Positions 11,099-20,379 of a DNA stretch of 64,000 nucleotides are shown here, in pieces. The number at the start of each line of letters is the position of its first letter. Positions within the stretch are counted from its first letter, which is position 1. The notes beneath the pieces are model-generated. The model worked only from the letters and a program-made list of their open reading frames with translations. It ran no database searches and was not told where the DNA came from. This stretch comes from a virus. Its lineage: Duplodnaviria > Caudoviricetes. The stretch is taken from positions 128,001-192,000 of IMG/VR virus record IMGVR_UViG_3300038679_000357. One strand, written 5' to 3'. The translations under genes were made by a program, and so were the position numbers.

Positions 11099-14000
11099 AA
11101 GCGTTTTGGGCGGCGACCTTCCATTCAGATCCGGAGCCTCCTCCAACGTCTTGACCTATGACGCGACCGTTCAACACTAGTGTTCCAATACGCATACCGC
11201 CTGAAATCGACATGGAACTACTATTCATAGATGACGGAGAGATAAGACCTCCGGACTCAAAACCTTTTCTATTAAATGAATCAGAAAGTTCTTTCATACG
11301 AATATCATTAGCTTTTTTCCGATTTTCCAAATTAACAGCCCTAATAGACTGTGTTTTTTTAACAGCGTTGAACGACGCCAAATTTTCTATCATGGACGGG
11401 TCATTAATACCCATTTTTGCAAGCCTTTCACGAGCGTCTTTAAACGCTATTTTATACACTCCAGGATCAATATCTTGAAGGTCAACTGTCTTCATTTTAT
11501 TAGCTAATACAGATTGAATTTCATACATTTTATTCCTTTTTTGCTCATCATTAGAAACACCTGGGCTATCTTTCACAAAACTACTATTTGATTTTTGATC
11601 GCTAGAAATATTTCTTTGTAAAGTAGATCCACCCAAGCCAGTGAACCAAGAAACACCTTTCCCAGCAAGTTTTCCCGCCATATTCGCAGCACCTCTTCCA
11701 GCCATGGATGCAGCTCCAGAAAGAACCTGAACTTCATTTCGATTAGCTATATTGGCATCTAATATATCGGCGGCTGCATGAGCGTTTGTATTAAGTCTAA
11801 CGGCTATTTTTTTACTAGTATGTAAAGCTTTTCTACCGGCAAATTTAGCCAGCTTCCAATAATCAACTGTTCCGCCGTCGGCATACCCGCCATTTATCGC
11901 TTTTAACAGATCTATGTTTTTCTTGGTAGCGTTTGCATTTACTATAAATTCTCCAGTAGCCAATCCAACAGGAGTCTTTCCATCAATCATCCCAGTGAGA
12001 TTATCCTTACTTGACGGAGACCCCGGTATGAGTCCGCCTCCAGCCTTACCACCGGCAGACTTACCTCCATTAATAATCACGTTACCTGCAACGTCTATAG
12101 CCGCAGACTGTGTATTCATTTCTGGAATTACGCCAGCTTGAGCCGTACTCCTCTCTAAGTCTGCAGCCTTTGATGTACCGGGTCCACCACCCTTTATTTC
12201 AGCTTTTTCATTGCGCATAATATCTTTCATATATTCGGCAGCAACAGTGCCTTCCATCGACCCAGGACCTTTGAATCCTTGTTGAGTGTATTGCGCCGCA
12301 CCCTCCATTCCCGTTGACCCAGCAAACGGATTGATCGTAGCAAAGCCACGACTGAACGCTCCGCCAAAATCTTTTCCAGCCCCAACCATTTGCATCTGCT
12401 GCATAGAAACAAGTCCACGATTCGAACTTGCAACTAAATCTGAAACAAGGTTACTGCTTGTGGTCATCTCATTAATTACATCAAGATAACCTTCCTTCAG
12501 TGCCAAAGCCTTTTCGATACGCTTACTATCAAGATCAAGAAGTTTATTCCCTATCTCTAACTCCTTGTTCTGAAGAACTAGGAATTTATCAAGTGTTTTT
12601 ATGCGCTTGTCATTTGGATCTTTAGCAATTAACTCCTGCTGCATCGCATTTATCTTAGCGAGAGCTTCGGCATTTCCAGAATATGCCTGAGCCATCACAT
12701 CAAGACCAAGCCCGGTTTCTTTCTGAACATCTCTTGCAGTCTTAGCTGCTTCCGATCCGACAAGGGCTCGCTCTTTTTCGACCGCAGCAATACGCTTTAC
12801 AATAACGTCATAAACCCTTTTTTCACCCTGGAAATGTGCCGAATATCCAGCCGCAGTTTTTCCAAGAAGATCAGCTCTTTTTTGTTCACGCTCCTCAATC
12901 TTAGCGAGCATCGCCTCTTCCGCACTATGTTTTACCGTCATACTATCCATATCAAGGCTCATCTGCTGGATGGAAGCTTGGCGCTGTTTAACATCCAAAT
13001 TCATTTTTCTTTCCTCACGTTCTGCCTCAATAATCTTTTTAAGGCGAACTTCTGCTATAGAAGCATCGGCTATATCTATTGCTTTTAACTGTTCTTTTAC
13101 GTTAAGCTCTTTAACTAATACATCGAACTTTTTCTTTGCCGCTTCTAGCTTTTGTGTGTCCGCACTTCTTTGCGCTGGAGTGGCGTCAACATCCAATGCC
13201 TTGCCACTTGCATCCATCATTTCTTTTAACGCCCCAACCAATTTTGCTTTGTTATCGTCGCTAATACCAACATTACCCATTTTGTTTTTAAGGTTACTTT
13301 CCATGTCTTCTGTGAAATAAACCTTCTCCATCTTCTCAAGCTCTTCTCGCTGACCTTCAATGGCTTCTAGCGCCTTTTTAGCCTGAGTTGCCTGAATTTG
13401 AGTCCATCTTGCCACCTCACCCATCATAAATGGATTCTGTGCCATGGAATCTTTCATAGAAGAGGCGTGTCCAGCAATCTTTTCGTATGCAGAACGAATC
13501 TTTTCTAGCTGCTCGTTTGATTTATTGTAATTATTAACAAGAGCTAGGGATGTTGCTTTTTGTTTTTCTTGCTGTTCAAATATCGCCCGATTTTTTTCAT
13601 ACTTAGAAGAAATCTCCTTACCAAGCTTTCTTTCTATAGTTTCTATATCGACACCAACATCTCTACGCAGTGCGTCGATCATTAATAACTTTTTGCTTTC
13701 GTCACTCTGCCTTTTTATTAAGTTAAAAATATCCTCTTGCGACTTTATTCTCGTTCCTTCCTTGACCTCTATTTTATCACCAAGTCTATCAAGAGATTCA
13801 AGCATTTTCTTCGTTTTTGCGTCCCCTTCTTCGCCACCGCCAAAAAACGACCCAGCCATACCGCCAGCCAGACCACCAAGACTAGATCCAGCCATAGCCC
13901 CCATCGGACCGCCAAGCGCAAACCCAACACCGGCACCAAGAGCCGTGCCAGCCATCGTTCCAACACCAGACCACATTTGCGAATCCCCAGCAATACCTCT

Positions 14001-15290
14001 GGAATAAGTATCAGAGAGTGTTCCACCAGCGACATGCCCGCCAGCAGATGCGCCTTGATATGTATTGTAAGCACCAATTCCAACTCCAGCGACAACCGTG
14101 CTGGCAACTCCCAATCCAGCCATCTTCCCCTTCATGCCGCCAATACCACCCGTTGCGTTCTTCGTCTCAAAGCCAAACGCCCTCATATTGTCGGTCATGC
14201 TCTTTATTGACTCAGCAACAGACATAAAGGATGTTATGCCAATGGCTTTAAGTGACAATATAACCGCAGGAACGATAGAGAACTTATTCATTATTTTATC
14301 GACAGCAGTAACAAGCTTCGTCATGCCCTTTTCAATCGCGATAAGAGCAGTCTCAGAATTTTTTCCTGCGGCTACATTAGCGTCAGAAATTGCCTTCTGT
14401 CTTTCCTGAACGACAGTCTCATAGTCTAATAATTTTTTCTGTTCCTTATTAATGCTTGAATACGCCTGGGCAATAGTAAATAGCTGACGACTACTTGCTC
14501 CATACCCCTTCATCGTCATCAACAATGACGACATACTAGAAGCAGACGATTTTCCCGTCCTACTAAAACGGTCAAGATCATCGACCATTCCAGGAAGCAT
14601 ATTGTCTAATTCAGCAAAGCGCTGAGTCATTTCCCTGATAACTTCTGGAGAACCACCAAATTGATCGCGAGCCAAGCTCGTTATACCCTCTAATTTACGA
14701 ATCGTATTCCCGGCGACGTTCCCCATCTCATGAAAATCTTTAGTCAATTCAGCCATTTGAATGTGACTAAGATTTGCTGCACGAGCCATGCGCTCCATCT
14801 TAGCTGAATCAAGCTCTTTCCCCATCACCTGCAATTGATGACTGACCTGGAATGTGGCGCGATTGAATTTAGTAATGGATTCGGTAACGGAATTCAACTT
14901 AAATAGAGTTCCGCCACTGATCTTATCATTGAATTTTCCAACACCAGAAGTCAATTTATCAAGAGTTGAAGCCGTCATGTTCATTTTAACGACCCAATCT
15001 CCGGCGCTAAACATTGCCGCCTTCATCGCCAAAGCCATCTTTTTCTGCATTAATTCAGATTCGCGCATTTCCTTGATATTATCTTTCAAGCTATCGCGTA
15101 TGGCTTTCGTACTTTTTCCAAAAGCGGCAAAGGCTGAATTACTAGTATAAACCTCCTTCGTCAAGGAGATCATATTTGCCTTAAAGGCGGCATTACGCTG
15201 AGACAATCCAAGTATAGCGCCGTCTACATCTTTCAGTCCCTTGGAAAGATCAGAAAAAGATTTGACTATGTCATCGTAACTCATTGCCAT
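11091..15290 (-). CDS. Tail tape measure protein (about 1400 aa)
   Basis: Long Ala/Lys/Glu-rich helical protein with a Gly-rich hydrophobic segment (GTALGAGVGFALGGPMGAMAG) and the typical TMP C-terminal motif GGLIPG...GLATGEFIVNANAT...GYADGG. Follows the tail assembly chaperones. Likely start MAMSYDD at 15290. Confidence 0.85.
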   Translation of the reverse strand: MAMSYDDIVKSFSDLSKGLKDVDGAILGLSQRNAAFKANMISLTKEVYTSNSAFAAFGKSTKAIRDSLKDNIKEMRESELMQKKMALAMKAAMFSAGDWVVKMNMTASTLDKLTSGVGKFNDKISGGTLFKLNSVTESITKFNRATFQVSHQLQVMGKELDSAKMERMARAANLSHIQMAELTKDFHEMGNVAGNTIRKLEGITSLARDQFGGSPEVIREMTQRFAELDNMLPGMVDDLDRFSRTGKSSASSMSSLLMTMKGYGASSRQLFTIAQAYSSINKEQKKLLDYETVVQERQKAISDANVAAGKNSETALIAIEKGMTKLVTAVDKIMNKFSIVPAVILSLKAIGITSFMSVAESIKSMTDNMRAFGFETKNATGGIGGMKGKMAGLGVASTVVAGVGIGAYNTYQGASAGGHVAGGTLSDTYSRGIAGDSQMWSGVGTMAGTALGAGVGFALGGPMGAMAGSSLGGLAGGMAGSFFGGGEEGDAKTKKMLESLDRLGDKIEVKEGTRIKSQEDIFNLIKRQSDESKKLLMIDALRRDVGVDIETIERKLGKEISSKYEKNRAIFEQQEKQKATSLALVNNYNKSNEQLEKIRSAYEKIAGHASSMKDSMAQNPFMMGEVARWTQIQATQAKKALEAIEGQREELEKMEKVYFTEDMESNLKNKMGNVGISDDNKAKLVGALKEMMDASGKALDVDATPAQRSADTQKLEAAKKKFDVLVKELNVKEQLKAIDIADASIAEVRLKKIIEAEREERKMNLDVKQRQASIQQMSLDMDSMTVKHSAEEAMLAKIEEREQKRADLLGKTAAGYSAHFQGEKRVYDVIVKRIAAVEKERALVGSEAAKTARDVQKETGLGLDVMAQAYSGNAEALAKINAMQQELIAKDPNDKRIKTLDKFLVLQNKELEIGNKLLDLDSKRIEKALALKEGYLDVINEMTTSSNLVSDLVASSNRGLVSMQQMQMVGAGKDFGGAFSRGFATINPFAGSTGMEGAAQYTQQGFKGPGSMEGTVAAEYMKDIMRNEKAEIKGGGPGTSKAADLERSTAQAGVIPEMNTQSAAIDVAGNVIINGGKSAGGKAGGGLIPGSPSSKDNLTGMIDGKTPVGLATGEFIVNANATKKNIDLLKAINGGYADGGTVDYWKLAKFAGRKALHTSKKIAVRLNTNAHAAADILDANIANRNEVQVLSGAASMAGRGAANMAGKLAGKGVSWFTGLGGSTLQRNISSDQKSNSSFVKDSPGVSNDEQKRNKMYEIQSVLANKMKTVDLQDIDPGVYKIAFKDARERLAKMGINDPSMIENLASFNAVKKTQSIRAVNLENRKKANDIRMKELSDSFNRKGFESGGLISPSSMNSSSMSISGGMRIGTLVLNGRVIGQDVGGGSGSEWKVAAQNAYG

Positions 15291-15353
15291 ATGGAAAGCC
15301 TGCAAAGTGAATCAATCTATCGATTTATTTCAAATGATCAGAAAGAAATCCTT

Positions 15354-17591
15354 TTACTTGGGAGGCGGTGTTCTAACCTGATCAGCTCTCGTGACTACGT
15401 TTGGATCTGGAAGATCCTGTGTTGGCTCTGCACCTCCGACATCGTTCGCGGCATTTTTCACATCCTCATCATTAAGTCGAATGTTATCTTTACCGGGATC
15501 AGAAAAGTTTCCAGCGTTCTCATCTTCATCCGATAACTTAATTTTTTCATCCTCATCAATCCTACTAACAAGAACCCTCAATGAATCAGCCACGCCTATA
15601 CCACAACAGAAAGCATAAAAATAGCTACCCTGAGTAGCGTTTCCACCTGGATTATCAATAACAGCCTGGACTGAGTCCATAATGAGAGGAACAGGAAGAT
15701 TAGGGAGATCAGAAACCTTTGTTATGACCGGAGGACTACTCGACTTCTTTCCAGATATCCCAGGAACAGATGGTGGTTTTTGCGGCTGATATGGAGTATT
15801 GCTTCCCGCACCTTGAACAGCTTTAATCATTCTGTCTACAGCGATATCTCCAGCCTTCGTCGTAGAAAGAACCATTGCTTTGTTGGCGTTAGGATCTTCT
15901 ATATTTGGATCTATTGCATATTGATCTACATTTGTCTCAACATTCTTCAATTCTTCCTTCGAAACAGTATTCCCCCAAAAACCGCCAACGCCAATAATTG
16001 GATCTGGTTTTCCATCTCGAATGTAATACTTCGCAAGAAACGCCTCATCATTCTTGTTTTTCGCCCCGCCTTCTACTAGTTCATTCCATTTTGCTGCAAG
16101 TGCATTTGGAGAATTTTCAAAAACACTTAGTGCAGATGGATACTGGCTAAATATCAACTTCATAATTCCATTAGGGTCGTACAACTGCGAGGTAAACATC
16201 GTCTTGAATTTTTCATAAAAATCAATAAACATCTTACGTTTTACACTTGATGGAATTCTATTACCAGTGCTCGTTGAGGTTGACATTTCATCAATATCAG
16301 ACGTCTCAATCCCGGCATCCCTCAGCTTTCCCTTAAATGAATTGAAAAAACGATCGCCAATCATATTTACGGCTGTCGCTGAAGCAATTTTTGACGCAGC
16401 TCGACGCGAGCCCTTCAACAACGTCTCAATAAAACTCTTGTAACTCTCATCTACTCGAACAATACCATACAAGCAACACCCAATAACAAACGCAGCTCCA
16501 GACCTACCAATTGCCTGAGCATCCGTAGATGGATCATAAACCTTATTTGGCTTCAGTTTTTTCTTGCTTACATAACTCTGATACGTTACCGTATCGAAGG
16601 ACTCCTTAAACGCATCAATAATCGCGTTAGACGCCCCTTTTGCCAATGCTACAAAATCATCTGTATTTACGTTTGTATTAGAACTTAAATTGGTTACTAC
16701 ATCCTGTAGATTTTTGTCTAAGTATTTATTATATCCATCGGTTATATTATTCAAAATAACACTAGATACGTCACCTTGCTTATTTGCAGTAGCAGAAACA
16801 GACGCAGCTTGCAATAACTCTTTTTCCTTATTTACAATTGCCGAGCTGTCAATTTTACTGCTCCCAATCGGATTTCCACTACCATCCTTGATTTCCGCCA
16901 TTTTTTCCATTAACAACACAAAAGCTTGAGACTCTCTCCAAGCAGAAACTACATCTGATCTTACTTTTTCCGAAATATCCATCAACGCAGCTTCACTTAT
17001 TGTTTTCAATAAATCAGAAAAATCGCTACCACTCTTAACCTGATGGATAAGCCCAATTAATCTAGCTACAAAAAACGCCTTACGAGACGGATCAATATTA
17101 CTTGGAATAAACCTTACTAGCTCTTCAAATTCAACGGCTTTATTTGCATTAGACCCCTTAAATAAATTCATCATCTTATTGACAAAAGCATCACTTAACG
17201 CAAGTGGTTCTTTAGAAACTAAATGAGCCAAACTAGAAACTACCGAAACAACTCTCATTTGAGCTTCATTTACGGCACTATCTTTCATCATCTCGTCCGC
17301 TATACTATTAAATATCGACGAAGATGGTTTATTCTCGGCAAGAGACGTTACAAGATTAAACAGATGTTCAGAATATAAATCGCCTAAAATAGACTGGTTC
17401 ATTTCAATATACTTGTAAACATCCCATATAGGATGTCCTTGAACCTGTCCAGACGCTTTTGTACATGCCTCATGGGCTTTTTTCTGAGCGTCAGCTAATG
17501 ACGCGAGAACCAACTTACGGGTAGTTAATTCAGCTACCGAGGATGGCAGTGTAGATATTCTCTTCCACCAACTTTTGTTCGAGCATGTCAA
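15354..17591 (-). CDS. Unknown helical protein (745 aa) between chaperones and tape measure
   Basis: Long ORF with TTG start preceded by GAGGTG Shine-Dalgarno; overlaps the upstream gene by 62 nt; no recognisable motif. Confidence 0.6.
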   Translation of the reverse strand: MTCSNKSWWKRISTLPSSVAELTTRKLVLASLADAQKKAHEACTKASGQVQGHPIWDVYKYIEMNQSILGDLYSEHLFNLVTSLAENKPSSSIFNSIADEMMKDSAVNEAQMRVVSVVSSLAHLVSKEPLALSDAFVNKMMNLFKGSNANKAVEFEELVRFIPSNIDPSRKAFFVARLIGLIHQVKSGSDFSDLLKTISEAALMDISEKVRSDVVSAWRESQAFVLLMEKMAEIKDGSGNPIGSSKIDSSAIVNKEKELLQAASVSATANKQGDVSSVILNNITDGYNKYLDKNLQDVVTNLSSNTNVNTDDFVALAKGASNAIIDAFKESFDTVTYQSYVSKKKLKPNKVYDPSTDAQAIGRSGAAFVIGCCLYGIVRVDESYKSFIETLLKGSRRAASKIASATAVNMIGDRFFNSFKGKLRDAGIETSDIDEMSTSTSTGNRIPSSVKRKMFIDFYEKFKTMFTSQLYDPNGIMKLIFSQYPSALSVFENSPNALAAKWNELVEGGAKNKNDEAFLAKYYIRDGKPDPIIGVGGFWGNTVSKEELKNVETNVDQYAIDPNIEDPNANKAMVLSTTKAGDIAVDRMIKAVQGAGSNTPYQPQKPPSVPGISGKKSSSPPVITKVSDLPNLPVPLIMDSVQAVIDNPGGNATQGSYFYAFCCGIGVADSLRVLVSRIDEDEKIKLSDEDENAGNFSDPGKDNIRLNDEDVKNAANDVGGAEPTQDLPDPNVVTRADQVRTPPPK

Positions 17592-18006
17592 GAAAACACC
17601 TCATAATATCAGGTCTAGTTTTACCAAGAGATTCAGAATCCAGTTGAACGGGAGTTCCATCGTTGTCAACAACATTCCATGATGTCGCCATACATTCAAA
17701 AAGCAACTGCCGGAAGGAGGCTGTATCCAGCGTCTGAACGCCATTAATGTGATAAGTGCTTTCTCGTATGATCTGCCTACTCTTACTCCAGTCAGGTATT
17801 ACAAGCTTGATAGTGATAGATTTCGCACCTTCTATGATCGCTACCGGCTTATTGCCAATCGTTCCTGGAACGACAACAATATTTGTTCCCTCTTTCTTGT
17901 AATACACAGTTAGATCAAATGAATCCTTGTCAGAAACCATAATGTCATCGACACATGGATTCTGAACAACTCCCTCATCTACATTAGCTACGCTTAAATC
18001 GTCCAT
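17530..18006 (-). CDS. Second tail assembly chaperone-like protein (paralog of 18290..18742)
   Basis: Similar spacing of W...I.+E....D....L....W.....G..V......P.+...L to the 150-aa chaperone; position before the tape measure. Confidence 0.5.
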   Translation of the reverse strand: MDDLSVANVDEGVVQNPCVDDIMVSDKDSFDLTVYYKKEGTNIVVVPGTIGNKPVAIIEGAKSITIKLVIPDWSKSRQIIRESTYHINGVQTLDTASFRQLLFECMATSWNVVDNDGTPVQLDSESLGKTRPDIMRCFLDMLEQKLVEENIYTAILGS

Positions 18007-18008
18007 TT

Positions 18009-18230
18009 TTATCTCCTTACTTTCTTTTTAGTTGAAGATCCGATAACTTTTTTCCCAGGATCTGCGTCAGCCATATTTTCTCCCATTGCCTCTGCGGCAG
18101 CTTCCACCTGCGCCCTGGCGTTCATAACGGTGAATATCTGCTGCATCTTCACGTGAGAAATTGCATCAATTTGATTTGGAGTCCATCCAAATTTCTCCAT
18201 AAACAACAACTCTAAAACTTCATCCGGCAT
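18009..18230 (-). CDS. Tail assembly chaperone frameshift extension (gpT-like segment)
   Basis: LELLFMEKFGWTPNQIDAI is a typical T-segment motif. It is in the -1 frame of 18290..18742 and that frame is open from 18299 to 18012. Confidence 0.8.
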   Translation of the reverse strand: MPDEVLELLFMEKFGWTPNQIDAISHVKMQQIFTVMNARAQVEAAAEAMGENMADADPGKKVIGSSTKKKVRR

Positions 18231-18289
18231 TTTCCTCTCGGACCCACCATTCCCATTTTTTTGAGAACTGAAGTATAGATGAGCCGAGA

Positions 18290-18742
18290 CTAGGAGTTTT
18301 TTTCCATCTCCGGCGACATATCGCCTTCTTCATCGTACAGTTTAAGAAGCAACTCGGCAACGACTGGATTAAGAGATCTTATGGTTTTTTCATCTGGCTT
18401 TGTCTTGACCCTTTCCCCCTCACTATTAACCCTCATAAAATCCCACTCAATCAAAACGGCGCACAATTTTTTAAATTCATGTTCGTAGGTATCAAGGTAT
18501 TTCATCATGCTCTCAGGATCATTCTTAATGCATTCTTTCGTAATCCTGGTATACTCACCCCATGTCAGCATCTTAAACTTTACAGTATGAAGAGAAAATC
18601 CCTTTCCCTCCAACTTAGCGATAGCTTCTTTCGTTCTTTTTGCATCAGGCAAAGATGGTACTTTTACCGCATCAACCTTCTTTGAGTCATATACTTTTGC
18701 GTAAAAACTCTTCTCAAAAAAACTATCATTATCAACAAACAT
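18290..18742 (-). CDS. Tail assembly chaperone (gpG-like)
   Basis: 150 aa between tail tube and tape measure, ending in a slippery heptamer just before its stop. Confidence 0.8.
   Translation of the reverse strand: MFVDNDSFFEKSFYAKVYDSKKVDAVKVPSLPDAKRTKEAIAKLEGKGFSLHTVKFKMLTWGEYTRITKECIKNDPESMMKYLDTYEHEFKKLCAVLIEWDFMRVNSEGERVKTKPDEKTIRSLNPVVAELLLKLYDEEGDMSPEMEKNS
18296..18302 (-). promoter_or_regulatory. Programmed -1 ribosomal frameshift site A AAA AAC
   Basis: mRNA reads ATG GAA AAA AAC TCC TAG. A -1 slip gives ...MEKKLLVSAHLYFSSQKNGNGGSERK-MPDEVL..., in frame with 18009..18230. Confidence 0.8.
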
Positions 18743-18748
18743 AAAAAA

Positions 18749-18782
18749 CTCCGTTGTTATCCTATTTGATTATACAACGGAG
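18749..18782 (-). promoter_or_regulatory. 9-bp hairpin sequestering the Shine-Dalgarno of the chaperone gene, with a TATAAT element spanning the 5' arm and loop
   Basis: Minus strand: CTCCGTTGT-ataatcaaataggata-ACAACGGAG-TTTTT-ATG. Confidence 0.55.
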
Positions 18783-18827
18783 AGCATATAGCTTTTGCTT
18801 GGATCAGCCATCAATTTTCGTGGCATC

Positions 18828-20264
18828 TCACCATCTGAATAGCACCACCTTCTTGTTTGTGCTCCATCTTTTGCAGATCGACAGGCAGAAGAAATGGTAC
18901 ATCCACCGATTAGGCTTTAAGCCCAAAAAGGCTATCACTAATACGGCGATAACGACCCACAGATGGAGGAATCCCTTCAGACCAACCATAATAACAAGGT
19001 AACACATAATGGAATGAAATAGGACAAAGAATTTTTTATTTGGCATGGTTATTTCCCACACATCTGCGTTGTACTTACCATAATAACGTCCACACGAATT
19101 CATGGTCGGAATATGCTGTGCCCCGACATGACCACGTATCTCACAGACTCCATCGATAACCAGCTCAAAAAAAGTGTAAAAGGCGACCATAGCGCCTAGT
19201 GGGATGAGCACAAACGCACCTGGACCTTCGTGGGCTGCGTAGGAGACGGCGATCAGAAAAAACGAAATGGGAGTCAGGAAATCCTTTGCCTGCACGTCAA
19301 AATAGAAGTGATCCTCTTTCTGACGGCGATGGGCTTCCTTAACAACGGCAACCTGATTCTCAACTGCCTGCCGCTCCGCTTCATCGCGGAACTTCTTTGC
19401 ACGCATAATGAGGAGCTTCATTTCCTGTTCATCACCATACATGTATTCGTCATGCGTGTAGATATATGGAACCGCGTCGTAATAACACGTCCAATCCGCT
19501 GTCGGCAGATATTCAAACACAGGATTCGCCTCGATCATCTGCCATTTCGGCTTGACGATGCCGTGATTCACATAGTTGGCACCAACAACGATATGGCGAC
19601 GACGAATGGTGTTTGCGTCATCATCCGGATGCAGATTTTCATAATCCATCAACGGCAGGCGTGACGGCGGAATGCTATTTTCACTCGCATTGATATACCA
19701 TGGGTACATCTCCACAATCCGACGATCGATCTCATTCAGATTCTCATACGGATCACGGTAATCGAGATTTGATGGCTCCTGATGCGAAAAAGAGAAGGAG
19801 CCTTGCTCTTCCTCGGATTGGTCAGAATCATTTGGCTTTCCGAAGAGAGTATCATGATTTTTGCTGAAGGTGGAAGGGTAAGCCGACTCAGCCTGCCTTG
19901 CATCGCTCGCATAACGGTAGTCGTTACGGGTACGGGTCATCACGGCGGCGGCGGCGATGTACATGACGTCATCCGAACTGGCGGTGATCATTGGGGCTCC
20001 ACTGCCAAAACCGTCAAATGCCTGGTTTCCCCGGATCTTGAACAGGGGGGAGCCGCCGCCATTGGTCGCATAGACGGTATCGCCGATGACGGTGCAGAGC
20101 GGGGTCCCAGACACGCAGTGTCCGAGGAAGACCATATTTCCGCTGATCGTACAAACTGGGTTGGAATAATCGCTGCGTCGGTACAGACAGTCTCCCTCCC
20201 CTACGAAAATTGGACTGCCGTAATCGTGCTCGACTCCGTAACCGCCAAATAGCTGAACTGACAT
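18828..20264 (-). CDS. Moron-like membrane protein (478 aa) with N-terminal 18-19-aa repeats and about 4 C-terminal TM helices
   Basis: ATG at 20264 with AAGGAG Shine-Dalgarno; the longer ORF-track start overlaps the tail tube gene. Repeats GSPIFVGEGDCLY / SNPVCTISGNMVF / GTPLCTVIGDTVY / GSPLFKIRGNQAF; hydrophobic C-terminal segments. Confidence 0.7.
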   Translation of the reverse strand: MSVQLFGGYGVEHDYGSPIFVGEGDCLYRRSDYSNPVCTISGNMVFLGHCVSGTPLCTVIGDTVYATNGGGSPLFKIRGNQAFDGFGSGAPMITASSDDVMYIAAAAVMTRTRNDYRYASDARQAESAYPSTFSKNHDTLFGKPNDSDQSEEEQGSFSFSHQEPSNLDYRDPYENLNEIDRRIVEMYPWYINASENSIPPSRLPLMDYENLHPDDDANTIRRRHIVVGANYVNHGIVKPKWQMIEANPVFEYLPTADWTCYYDAVPYIYTHDEYMYGDEQEMKLLIMRAKKFRDEAERQAVENQVAVVKEAHRRQKEDHFYFDVQAKDFLTPISFFLIAVSYAAHEGPGAFVLIPLGAMVAFYTFFELVIDGVCEIRGHVGAQHIPTMNSCGRYYGKYNADVWEITMPNKKFFVLFHSIMCYLVIMVGLKGFLHLWVVIAVLVIAFLGLKPNRWMYHFFCLSICKRWSTNKKVVLFRW

Positions 20265-20286
20265 AGGTGACTCCTTGGTTAATGGA

Positions 20287-20314
20287 AATATAGCCTCAAC
20301 CAAGTAAAAGTCAA
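20287..20314 (-). promoter_or_regulatory. sigma70-like promoter TTGACT-16-TATATT
   Basis: Sits between the tail-tube terminator and the Shine-Dalgarno of the membrane gene. Confidence 0.6.
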
Positions 20315-20326
20315 GTACATGAACAC

Positions 20327-20358
20327 AAAAAAGGAGAGGCGGCATATGCCGCCCCTCC
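20327..20358 (-). terminator. Rho-independent terminator after the tail tube gene
   Basis: Minus strand GGAGGGGCGGC-ATAT-GCCGCCTCTCC followed by TTTTTT; one G.U pair forms only in the minus orientation. Confidence 0.8.
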
Positions 20359-20379
20359 AGAAACCCCATCTCCAACAAA

